Assembly (NCBI GenBank): GCA_963744995.1
Contig: CAVUWA010000005.1
Coordinates: 352,001 to 416,000 of the forward strand
Reading direction: 5' to 3'
DNA length: 64,000 bases
Origin: Candidatus Eiseniibacteriota bacterium
GTDB lineage: Bacteria; Eisenbacteria; RBG-16-71-46
Shown here: in pieces, positions 49,187 to 57,882 of the stretch
Layout: each line of letters begins with the position of its first letter
How positions within the stretch are numbered: position 1 is the stretch's first letter
Notes under the pieces: generated by a model
Told to the model about the DNA's origin: nothing
What the model saw: the letters and a program-made list of their open reading frames with translations, nothing else
Database searches by the model: none
Translations under genes and position numbers: made by a program

Positions 49187-50770
49187 ATGCGCTTTTTCTC
49201 CGCCGCGCTCGCCGCCATCGCCATCCTCAGCGCTCTGCCTGGCCCCGCGCATGCCGTGGGGGTGCCGTACGCACCCAATTGCCTGGTTCCGAGCCACATC
49301 GATCTCGTGGGCATCAATGGCACCACGGATCCCGCCGGCACGTTCTTCGTGAACGTGCGTGATATCGACGGCGTCGTCATCCCCGCGGCGACGGTGCAAA
49401 TCGATTTCGGTCAGTGCAGCGACGTGGTTCTTTCCGCGGCTCAGCCGTACTCGGGACTCTTGGTGAGCTGCGTCACATCGACCGTGAGCGCCACCACCGA
49501 CGGCGCGGGGACCGCCGTGTTCTCGATCGCCGGAGGGATCGCAGACCGGACGGCGGTCTCCCCCGTGGGCTGTGCCGAGATTTACGCGAACGGCATTTTG
49601 ATCGGCTCCGTCTCGGTCGCGGCCTTTGATCAGGACGGCATCGACGGCGTCACGACGAACGACCTGGCACTGTGGCTGTGCGACCTGAGCACGCCCGCAT
49701 ACGAGCCTCGCTCGGACTTCGATCACGACGGCGTCGTGTCGCCGGCGGATCTGCGCTTCATGCTGTCCGTCCTCCGGATCGGCGGGTCCACGACCTCGGG
49801 ATTGCGCTGCGACGGTCAGTCACAGCAGGGGCCCGTGGATTACACGAGCGGAACGCTGGTCCTGCGCTGGAATGGGTGCGATCCGCTGGGAGACAAGGTC
49901 GAGACGTTCGCCTGTGATGTCGAAGGCGGCGCGAGCGAACTCATCGGCTCGATCATTGCCGGCGCGGACGTCACGATCTCGGGGTACGAGGCGCGGATCG
50001 AGGTCGAGGGCGACGTCCCCGGACCTCTGGTCGACTGGTGGCGCTACGACGACATCGGCTGCCGTGGCGCCAATGCGCTGGGGCTCGATCTCGACGTGAG
50101 CGGATCGACCTGCAACCCACCGTGGGCCGGAAGCGCCCCGACCGGCATCGCCTGGATGCCCGAAGTCCTCGGGGGCGGCAACACCGCGCAACTGTACCTT
50201 GCGGCGGCCGACTCGTTGCCTCATGCGCTCGTCGCGGGCGAGGAGTATGCGCTCTTCAGGCTGCGCTTCCCGCACACGGGCCTCGCCGCCTGTGCAGGGT
50301 GCCTGGCGCCGATCGTGTTCACGATGGATGAGGTGCGTCTCACGCAGTGGAAGGGCTGCCAGCAGCCGCCCTTCATCGGCGCGTTTCCGCGCACACAGGT
50401 GCTCGACACGCCCCGGGCGTTCGAGTCCAACGTGGCCGTGTATCAGGGGGCGCCGTCCGGTGTCACGGTCGACGTGCCGTCTCCGCAGCCGCAGGCCACC
50501 CAGGCGCTTCACGCGCAACCGAATCCGTTCAGAGCCTCGGTGGCGTTTCCTTTCGTGCTCGAAGACGATGCGACGCTCGCCGTGGAGGTCTTCGATGTGA
50601 CGGGACGGGTCGTTCGAACGCTCGACGCCGGATTCCGGCGGGCCGGTTCACATCGAGTGGAATGGGATGGCCTCGACGGCGCGGGACGACGTGTCCCGGC
50701 GGGCGTCTACCTGATTCGCCTCCGTGCGGGCGACGACGTCCGCTGGGCGAAGACGGTGCGCTGGGAGTGA
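49187..50770 (+). CDS. Secreted Cys-rich protein with dockerin/EF-hand-like pair and CTD
   Basis: TGaTAGAAT promoter, GGAGGA RBS, signal peptide; DQDGIDGVTTNDL and DFDHDGVVSPADL; PNPF..WDG..GVYLIRL. Confidence 0.8.
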   Translation: MRFFSAALAAIAILSALPGPAHAVGVPYAPNCLVPSHIDLVGINGTTDPAGTFFVNVRDIDGVVIPAATVQIDFGQCSDVVLSAAQPYSGLLVSCVTSTVSATTDGAGTAVFSIAGGIADRTAVSPVGCAEIYANGILIGSVSVAAFDQDGIDGVTTNDLALWLCDLSTPAYEPRSDFDHDGVVSPADLRFMLSVLRIGGSTTSGLRCDGQSQQGPVDYTSGTLVLRWNGCDPLGDKVETFACDVEGGASELIGSIIAGADVTISGYEARIEVEGDVPGPLVDWWRYDDIGCRGANALGLDLDVSGSTCNPPWAGSAPTGIAWMPEVLGGGNTAQLYLAAADSLPHALVAGEEYALFRLRFPHTGLAACAGCLAPIVFTMDEVRLTQWKGCQQPPFIGAFPRTQVLDTPRAFESNVAVYQGAPSGVTVDVPSPQPQATQALHAQPNPFRASVAFPFVLEDDATLAVEVFDVTGRVVRTLDAGFRRAGSHRVEWDGLDGAGRRVPAGVYLIRLRAGDDVRWAKTVRWE

Positions 50771-50938
50771 AACGCTCGACTTGAAGCACTCGAGCGGGGC
50801 TCGTGGAGCCTCCGGGCCCTCCCATCGCGGGCCAGGCCTGACGCCGCGTTCGCCCCCATCAGCAGATGGATGCCGAGCGGCGGCAGCACGAAAAAGCTGA
50901 CATCCGGGCGCGCGAAGGCCCTACAATGCGCGCTTCGC

Positions 50939-52714
50939 ATGACGCCCTCCACGTGTACGAAGCAGATCTCTGCCTGTGCGCTGCTGCTCGTCGCCCTCGC
51001 GGGCTGCGCACAGCGCGCCGACGTCGAGATCTATCCCGCCGGCGCCGACACGGGCGGCCCGCCCCACATGGGCGGTCGCGCCGTGCTGGTGCGCGAGGAG
51101 GATCCCGACTACCTGGATCCGGCGCTCTCCTACGGCGTGTACTCGGCCCCGGTCACCGAAGCGCTGTTCCACACCCTGCTCGACTACAGGGGCGTGCCCG
51201 GTCCCGCGGGCGCCGAGCTCGTACCCGACCTTGCGGAATCGCTGCCCGACCTGCGCGAGGACGGCACCCTCTACGCGTTCAAGGTGCGCAAGGACGCCCG
51301 TTTCAGCCCGCCGCTCGGCCGCCACATCACGGCCGCCGACTTCAAGTACTCGCTCGAGCGGTTGTTCGTGGTGAACTCCCCCAGCGTACCGTTCTTCAGC
51401 GCGATCGTCGGCGCCGACGACGTGCTCGCGGGGCGTACGAAAGCACTCGCTGGCGTGATCGCCCGCGGCGACTCGTTGTACGTTCGCATCCACGAGCGCA
51501 GTCCGGTATTCCTGCAGATCCTCACGATGCCATTCTCGGCTCCGGTGCCGCGCGAGGTCGCGGACGCCCACCAGAACGACTTCTCGCAGCACACGGTGGC
51601 GAGCGGGCCGTTCATGGTCGCCGACTTCGAGCCGCGCGTGCGCGTGCTGCTGGTCCGCAACCCCAATTACTGCGGCAGGCCGGCCTGGCTCGATACGATC
51701 GAGGTGCGGCTGGGGGTTTCGACCGCCAACGCCGTGGCGCTCATCCGCCGCGGCCTTGCGCACGGCGGGTTCTTCGAGGTGCCTGCTTCCGAAGTCGGCC
51801 GCATCCGCCGCGATCCGTTCTGGCGCCACCAGATCGACGTGGCCGACGGCCTCAACACCACCTATCTGTTCATGAACGTCGAGCTGCCGCCGTTCAACGA
51901 CGTGCGCGTGCGCCAGGCCGTCAACTGGGCGCTCGACCGCCGCGCGTTCGTGAAGATCTACGCCGGCAAGACGATCCCCGCGCACGAGATCCTGCCGCTC
52001 GGGATGCCGGGGGTCGAGCCGTTGCACATGTACGAAGGCCCGGACCTCGACCGCGCGCGCAAGCTGCTCGCCGAGGCCGGGTATCCAGACGGCTTCGAGA
52101 CGAAACTGTACGGCTACACCACCGAGCCGACGCCACGCGAGATCGCAGTCGTCCAGCAGCAGCTCGCGCAAGTCGGCATCCGCTGCGAGATCGACCTCGG
52201 CGAGGCCGTCGGCTACACGTCCATGGCGGGCGACACCACCAAGCACATTCCGTTCGGCTACTACGCGTGGACCGCCGACTACGTGGACCCGTCCAACTTC
52301 ATCGACGTGCTGTTCAACGGGCTGCGCATCACCCCCAAGCAGAACATCAATCTGTGCATGTTCAACGATCCGGGCATCAATGCCATGATCCACGCCGCGT
52401 CCCGCGAGCCGGACGATGCGAAACGGACGGCGATGTGGAACGAGCTCGACCGGAAGATCATGGCGCTCGCTCCGATCGCACCGCTCCACCACCAGCTCGA
52501 GAGCCGCCTCTACGGCCCCGCGCTCGGCGGCTGGTACCGGCACATCACGCGCATCCTCAAGCTCGAGGACCTGTACATGAAGTCGCCGAAGCCGGAGGCA
52601 GAGCGGACGGCGCACGCGCCGCAGGCGGCCCGGCCTCCTGCGGCCGGCACCCCGGGGCCCGGCGCGGCCGCCGGGGACGTTACGCCCCCGCCGTCCTCCG
52701 GGACCGGCACGTGA
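50939..52714 (+). CDS. Peptide/nickel ABC substrate-binding lipoprotein (SBP family 5)
   Basis: Lipobox LAGC; LDPA, PDLAES, ASGPF, VRVRQAVNWA. Confidence 0.92.
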   Translation: MTPSTCTKQISACALLLVALAGCAQRADVEIYPAGADTGGPPHMGGRAVLVREEDPDYLDPALSYGVYSAPVTEALFHTLLDYRGVPGPAGAELVPDLAESLPDLREDGTLYAFKVRKDARFSPPLGRHITAADFKYSLERLFVVNSPSVPFFSAIVGADDVLAGRTKALAGVIARGDSLYVRIHERSPVFLQILTMPFSAPVPREVADAHQNDFSQHTVASGPFMVADFEPRVRVLLVRNPNYCGRPAWLDTIEVRLGVSTANAVALIRRGLAHGGFFEVPASEVGRIRRDPFWRHQIDVADGLNTTYLFMNVELPPFNDVRVRQAVNWALDRRAFVKIYAGKTIPAHEILPLGMPGVEPLHMYEGPDLDRARKLLAEAGYPDGFETKLYGYTTEPTPREIAVVQQQLAQVGIRCEIDLGEAVGYTSMAGDTTKHIPFGYYAWTADYVDPSNFIDVLFNGLRITPKQNINLCMFNDPGINAMIHAASREPDDAKRTAMWNELDRKIMALAPIAPLHHQLESRLYGPALGGWYRHITRILKLEDLYMKSPKPEAERTAHAPQAARPPAAGTPGPGAAAGDVTPPPSSGTGT

Positions 52715-53670
52715 CCAGCACGCCGATCGACGTCGGCACGGAGCTCGTCGAGGCCGAGCGCGCGGTTCCGGGTCCGCTCGCCGACGCCCTGCACCGCTTC
52801 TTCCGCAACACCTCGGCGCGCGTCGGATTCGCGATGCTCGCGGTCGTGATCCTCGCGGCGCTGCTCGCCCCCTGGCTCACGCACGACGTGCTGCACCAGT
52901 CGGCGTATGCGCAGCACATCGTCGACCAGGTCATGATCGGCGGAAGACACGTGGACGTGGTGTCCGACGACGGGCTGCCGCTCGGCCCCTCGTCCGCGTT
53001 CCTGCTCGGCGCCGATCTGCTCGGCCGCGACCTGCTGTCGCGGATTCTCTATGGCGCTCGCATTTCGCTGTTCGTCGCGGGGGTCGGCACGCTGCTGTCG
53101 CTGCTGCTCGGCCTCGCCGCCGGGCTGTTCGCCGGGTTCTACCGGGGCTTCGCCGACACCCTGATCTCGCGCTTCGTGGATTCGATGATGGCGATCCCGG
53201 TGCTGCTGCTGGCGATCGCGCTCGCCTCCGTGCTGCGTCAGAGCAGCGTGTGGATGGTGATCCTGATCCTCGCGCTGGTGAACTGGACCTACCTCGCGCG
53301 CATCATCCGGGCCGAGGTCCTGAAACTGCGCGAGATGGACTTCGTCGAGGCGGCGCGCGCGCTGGGGGTGCGGGATGGCATGCTGCTGGTGCGTCACCTG
53401 CTGCCGAACCTCACCGGGCCGGTGATCGTATTTGCGACGCTGTCGCTGGCGAGCAACATCCTGCTGGAGAGCGCCCTGTCGTTCCTGGGCGTCGGCATCC
53501 AGCCGCCGACGCCGTCGTGGGGCAACATCATCCAGGAGGGCGTGCAGTTCTACAGCGTGGCGTGGTGGATCACGCTGTTCCCGGGGCTCGCGATCCTGTG
53601 GACCGTGGTGAGCCTGAACCTGGTCGGCGAGGGCCTGCGCGACGCCATCCTGCCCGGCGGGAGCAGATAG
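52711..53670 (+). CDS. Peptide ABC permease (DppC/OppC-like)
   Basis: 'LGADLLGRDLLSRILYGARISL', 'FVEAARALG', 'ESALSFLG'. Confidence 0.92.
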   Translation: MTSTPIDVGTELVEAERAVPGPLADALHRFFRNTSARVGFAMLAVVILAALLAPWLTHDVLHQSAYAQHIVDQVMIGGRHVDVVSDDGLPLGPSSAFLLGADLLGRDLLSRILYGARISLFVAGVGTLLSLLLGLAAGLFAGFYRGFADTLISRFVDSMMAIPVLLLAIALASVLRQSSVWMVILILALVNWTYLARIIRAEVLKLREMDFVEAARALGVRDGMLLVRHLLPNLTGPVIVFATLSLASNILLESALSFLGVGIQPPTPSWGNIIQEGVQFYSVAWWITLFPGLAILWTVVSLNLVGEGLRDAILPGGSR

Positions 53671-53672
53671 CG

Positions 53673-54626
53673 ATGCTGCAATCGGTGATCAAGCGGCTGG
53701 GCTGGAGCGTCGTGGTGCTGCTGGTGGTGAGCGCGGCCACGTTCGCGATCTTCTTCGCGATCCCCACCAATCCGGCCTCGCTGATCGCGGGCAAGTACGC
53801 GACCCCCGCGACGATCGCCAAGATCGAGCACGATCTGGGGCTCGACCAGCCGCTGCCGATCCAGTTCCTGCGCTTCGTCGGCCACGCGGCGCGCGGCGAC
53901 CTCGGCTACTCGTACGTGAGCCAGCAACCGGTGACCGCCGCGCTCACCCGGGCATTCCCGAAGACGCTCTCCCTCACCTTCGGTGCGGTGATCGTCTGGC
54001 TGCTGATCGGCATTCCGCTCGGCATCGTGAGCGCGCTCAAACCCCACTCGATCTGGGACCACGGCGCGCTGGTGTTCGCCCTGCTCGGCATTTCGGCGCC
54101 CGTCTACTGGATCGGGCTGCTGCTGCTCAAGGTGTTCGCCGACGGCCTCGGCTGGTTCCCACTCGGCGGCTATGTTCCGCTCACGTCCGGCGGGCCGATC
54201 GAGTGGGCGCACGCGCTGATGCTGCCGTGGTTCGCGCTGGCGATGCTCTACGCTGGCTGGTACGCGCGCATGACCCGCTCGCAGATGCTCGACGTCGCGC
54301 AGCTCGACTTCGTGCGCACCGCGCGGGCGAAGGGACTCGGCACCCGCGCCGTGGTCGTGAACCACATCCTGCGGAACGCCATGCTGCCGCTGGTCACCAT
54401 GCTCGGCATCGACATCGCCTATCTGTTCGGCGGCGCGGTGCTCACCGAGACCGTGTTCGGCATCCCCGGCATCGGCGGCCTCGCCTGGCGCGCGATCCGC
54501 CAGCGCGACCTGCCGATGGTCATGGGCACCGTGCTGTTCGCGGCGGCGTTCATCGTGCTCGCGAACCTGGTGGTCGACATGCTGTACCGCTGGCTCGATC
54601 CCAGGATCGGGGCGGAAGGAGCGTGA
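53673..54626 (+). CDS. Peptide ABC permease (DppB/OppB-like)
   Basis: 'LGLDQP', 'GDLGYS', 'TARAKGL', 'LDPRI'. Confidence 0.92.
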   Translation: MLQSVIKRLGWSVVVLLVVSAATFAIFFAIPTNPASLIAGKYATPATIAKIEHDLGLDQPLPIQFLRFVGHAARGDLGYSYVSQQPVTAALTRAFPKTLSLTFGAVIVWLLIGIPLGIVSALKPHSIWDHGALVFALLGISAPVYWIGLLLLKVFADGLGWFPLGGYVPLTSGGPIEWAHALMLPWFALAMLYAGWYARMTRSQMLDVAQLDFVRTARAKGLGTRAVVVNHILRNAMLPLVTMLGIDIAYLFGGAVLTETVFGIPGIGGLAWRAIRQRDLPMVMGTVLFAAAFIVLANLVVDMLYRWLDPRIGAEGA

Positions 54627-54888
54627 ACCACACGCCGGCGGCGCCGACGCAGGCGTAGGAGCCGGCCACCGCGGGATTCGGGTCGATGACGTGGCTGATA
54701 CAGGCGTGTCTCCGTGAACCCGCCACGTCCTGTACCCGTGCAAAGCGAGTTCCCGGAGAAGACACGCAAGAACCGTTTTGCCCCTTGCGGGTCCCATGGA
54801 TCCCAGGTCATCCAGGATGGCCACGGGAAGCGCCTGCCCCTATACTTTCCTCTCGATCCTCGACAGTCCGCGACCCTGGAGACGCCTC

Positions 54889-55449
54889 ATGCCGCCTCCA
54901 CGACCCGATCCCCCACCGCGCGACGCCGGCTCATCCCCCGCCGGCGCGGACACTCTGGTCGGGAAGGTCTATGTGGAGCTGCGGGCGCTGGCGGCCTACC
55001 ACATGGCTCACGAACGCCCCGGGCATACGCTGCAACCCACGGCGCTGGTGCACGAGGTCTACCTGCGGATGGCCGCGCAGCGCACGGGCTGGCAGAGCCG
55101 TTCCCACTTCATGCGACTCGCCGCGCAACAGATTCGCCGGGTGCTCGTGGATCACGCCCGCGCCCGCAACAGCCAGAAGCGTGGTGGCGACCGCATGCGG
55201 GTGACGCTCAGCGATCTCGACTCGGGCGAGCGTGACTTCGACCTGCTGGCGCTCGATCGGGCCATGGAGCGGCTCGCCGGCCGGGCGCCGGAGGCGGCCC
55301 GGGTCGTGGAGCTGCGCTACTTCGCGGGCTTCACCGAACGGGAGATCGCCGACGCACTGAGCACCTCCGTGCGGACGGTCCGGCGGCACTGGGCGTTCGC
55401 GCGGGCGTGGCTGTTTCGCGAGCTCGACGAAGAGAACGCCGCCGGATGA
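54889..55449 (+). CDS. ECF sigma factor, kinase-associated type (TIGR02999-like)
   Basis: 'HTLQPTALVHEVYLR', 'LVDHARAR..KRGG', 'VVELRYFAG', 'WAFARAWL'. Confidence 0.9.
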   Translation: MPPPRPDPPPRDAGSSPAGADTLVGKVYVELRALAAYHMAHERPGHTLQPTALVHEVYLRMAAQRTGWQSRSHFMRLAAQQIRRVLVDHARARNSQKRGGDRMRVTLSDLDSGERDFDLLALDRAMERLAGRAPEAARVVELRYFAGFTEREIADALSTSVRTVRRHWAFARAWLFRELDEENAAG

Positions 55450-57809
55450 CCCTCGACGATCGATTCGGGCTCGTGCAGCGGATCTTCGCGGCGGCGCTGG
55501 AACGTCCCGAAGACGAGCGGATCGCGTTCGTCCGCGAGCGCAGCGCCGGCGACTCCGAAGTCGAAACGGAGGTTCTCTCGCTGCTGCGGGCGCGCGCCCG
55601 CGCGAGCGGATTCCTTGCAGGTTCGGCGATCGCCTCCGCGGGGGGCGAAGCCTCCTGGCTGGGGCGGACCATCGGCAAATACCGCCTGGAAGAGATCGTC
55701 GCCAGCGGTGGGATGGGGATCGTGTTCCGGGCCAGTCAGATGCACCCGCAGCGCGACGTGGCGCTCAAGCTCATTCGTGGCGACGCCATCTCCCGCCGCG
55801 CGCTGCAGCGCTTCGAGATGGAGGCCGAGCTCCTCGGCCGCCTCGATCATCCCGGCATCGCCCGCATCTACGATGCGGGCGTCGCCGACGCCGCCAGCGG
55901 CCGCCAGCCCTACTTCGTCATGGAGCTGATCGACGGGGTCCACCTCTCCGAATACGCTCGCACGCATGACCTGGGCCTCGACGAACGGATCCGCCTGCTG
56001 GTGCGCATTTGCGAGGCCGTCAACCATGCGCATCAGCACGGCATCGTGCATCGCGACCTCAAGCCGGCGAACATCCTCGTCCGCGCCGACGGTCAGCCGA
56101 AGATCCTCGACTTCGGCATCGCGCGCCACACCGACCACGACCTGAGCGCGACTTCGTTCCGAACCGACGTGGGACAGGTCATCGGGACGCTGCCGTACAT
56201 GAGCCCCGAACAGGTGCGTGGCGATCCCGCCGAGCTCGACACACGTTCGGACGTCTACGCGCTCGGCGTCCTCTGCTACGAGCTGCTGACCGGCCGCCTG
56301 CCGCAACCGCTGGAGGGACTGACGATCGTCGAGGCGGCCCGCGTGATCGAGGAAGACGAGCCCAGTTCGCTGGGTGACCGCGAACGACGGTTCCCCTCCG
56401 ACCTCGAGACGATCGTGCGCAAGTGCCTCGAGAAGGACAAGACGCGGCGCTACGGCTCGCCCGGGGAACTGGCGGCCGACCTCGAGCGCTTTCTCGCCAG
56501 CGAACCGATCCTGGCGCGCGCGCCGAGCGCCATCTACCAGCTGCGCAAGTTCGCGCGCCGCAATCGCGGCATGGTAGCGACGGTCGGAGCAGGCGTCGTC
56601 GTGCTGCTGGTGGGCTTCGCAATCGCGGTGGCGGGCTGGTCGCGCGCGAACGTCGACCGCCACCAGGCCGAAGTGGAAGCGGAGAAGTCCCGCCTGCTCA
56701 ACGCATTCATGGTCGAGCTGCTCGGAGCGCCCTCCCCCGACGAAGAGGGGACCGCTGTCCGGGTCATCGACGTCCTGGCCCGGGCCGATGAGCTCGTGAA
56801 GGAACGCATGGGCGACGAGCCCGAGGTTGCGGCGAGCGCCCACCTCACGCTCGGGCATACCTTCCGGGGCCTGGGGCAGTATCCGGACGCCGAACGGCAC
56901 TACCGGGAGTCGCTGCGTCTCTCGGAGAGCATCCTCCCGTTGGACGACGCCCGTCTGTACCCGGGGCTCGAGAGCCTCGGCGACCTGTTGATCGATCAGG
57001 GACGCCTCGACGAGGCCGATTCGATCGCGGCCCGGATTCGGGCGGTGGCGCCGCATCTGGATCCGAACGGCGCCGAGCATGTGGACGCGTTGTACTTCTT
57101 CGCGAGCCTCGAAGAGGCGCGCGGTCACATGGAGGAGGCGATCGGGCATCTGGAGACCGCGCTGCAGCGTTCGAAGGCGGCGCTCGGAGACACGGCCGAA
57201 ATGACCATGGTGCTGGAGGGGGCCCTGGGAAACCTGTACTGGCAGGTGGATCGGTCGCAGGATGCGGTGCCGCTCATGGAGTCTGCGACGGCCGCCTTCG
57301 CCAGGCGCTACGGCGACGATCATCCGGAGCTGCTCGGCATGCAGAACAACCTCGCCTACGCCTACAACGCGGCCGGCCGGCAGCAGCAGTCGCTCGATCT
57401 GTTCCTGTCGATCCTCGAGAAGAAGCGCCGGGTCCTCGGCGAAATGAATTCGAGCACGGCGCTCGGCTACCACAGCGTGGCCAGCGAATACCGGAACATG
57501 GGCCGGCCCGCCGACGCGCTGCCCTACCACGCCGCGGCCGTGCGGCTGGCCGATGAAGTCATGGGCCAGGACGACATTCGCAGGCACATCCTGCGTTCGG
57601 GCTACGGTCTGTCGCTCCTCGACGTGGGGCGGCTGGACGAGGCCGAGCGATACCTGCGATCGGGCTATCAGGCCTTGAAGCGGCGGTACGGCAAAGACCA
57701 CGAGCGCCCGCGGCGGCTGGCGAAGGCCCTCGCGCGCCTGTACGCGCGGAAAGGCGATTCTCTTCGGGCGCAACGGTTTCGAGGGCTGGCTACGGCCGCG
57801 GGCGGCTGA
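55446..57809 (+). CDS. Ser/Thr kinase with TM and C-terminal TPRs
   Basis: ATGA overlap with the ECF; HRDLKPAN, DFG, YMSPE; TM; kinesin-light-chain-like TPRs. Confidence 0.92.
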   Translation: MTLDDRFGLVQRIFAAALERPEDERIAFVRERSAGDSEVETEVLSLLRARARASGFLAGSAIASAGGEASWLGRTIGKYRLEEIVASGGMGIVFRASQMHPQRDVALKLIRGDAISRRALQRFEMEAELLGRLDHPGIARIYDAGVADAASGRQPYFVMELIDGVHLSEYARTHDLGLDERIRLLVRICEAVNHAHQHGIVHRDLKPANILVRADGQPKILDFGIARHTDHDLSATSFRTDVGQVIGTLPYMSPEQVRGDPAELDTRSDVYALGVLCYELLTGRLPQPLEGLTIVEAARVIEEDEPSSLGDRERRFPSDLETIVRKCLEKDKTRRYGSPGELAADLERFLASEPILARAPSAIYQLRKFARRNRGMVATVGAGVVVLLVGFAIAVAGWSRANVDRHQAEVEAEKSRLLNAFMVELLGAPSPDEEGTAVRVIDVLARADELVKERMGDEPEVAASAHLTLGHTFRGLGQYPDAERHYRESLRLSESILPLDDARLYPGLESLGDLLIDQGRLDEADSIAARIRAVAPHLDPNGAEHVDALYFFASLEEARGHMEEAIGHLETALQRSKAALGDTAEMTMVLEGALGNLYWQVDRSQDAVPLMESATAAFARRYGDDHPELLGMQNNLAYAYNAAGRQQQSLDLFLSILEKKRRVLGEMNSSTALGYHSVASEYRNMGRPADALPYHAAAVRLADEVMGQDDIRRHILRSGYGLSLLDVGRLDEAERYLRSGYQALKRRYGKDHERPRRLAKALARLYARKGDSLRAQRFRGLATAAGG

Positions 57810-57882
57810 CGGCGATTCGCTGGCCTGTTCGGCCGCGCGATCCCGCGTTACTGGGCAACTTCCACCCGTTCGGAGGTGTCCA

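Noticed and set aside
46586..50770. 1394-aa protein as an evolved multidomain enzyme
   Set aside because: Internal promoter, RBS and signal peptide at 49187, plus an out-of-frame CTD end, indicate two genes and an indel.
50866..53670. 934-aa ORF, and likewise the 765-aa ORF at 19586-21883
   Set aside because: N-terminal parts are off-frame shadows of upstream genes; real starts are 52711 and 20690.
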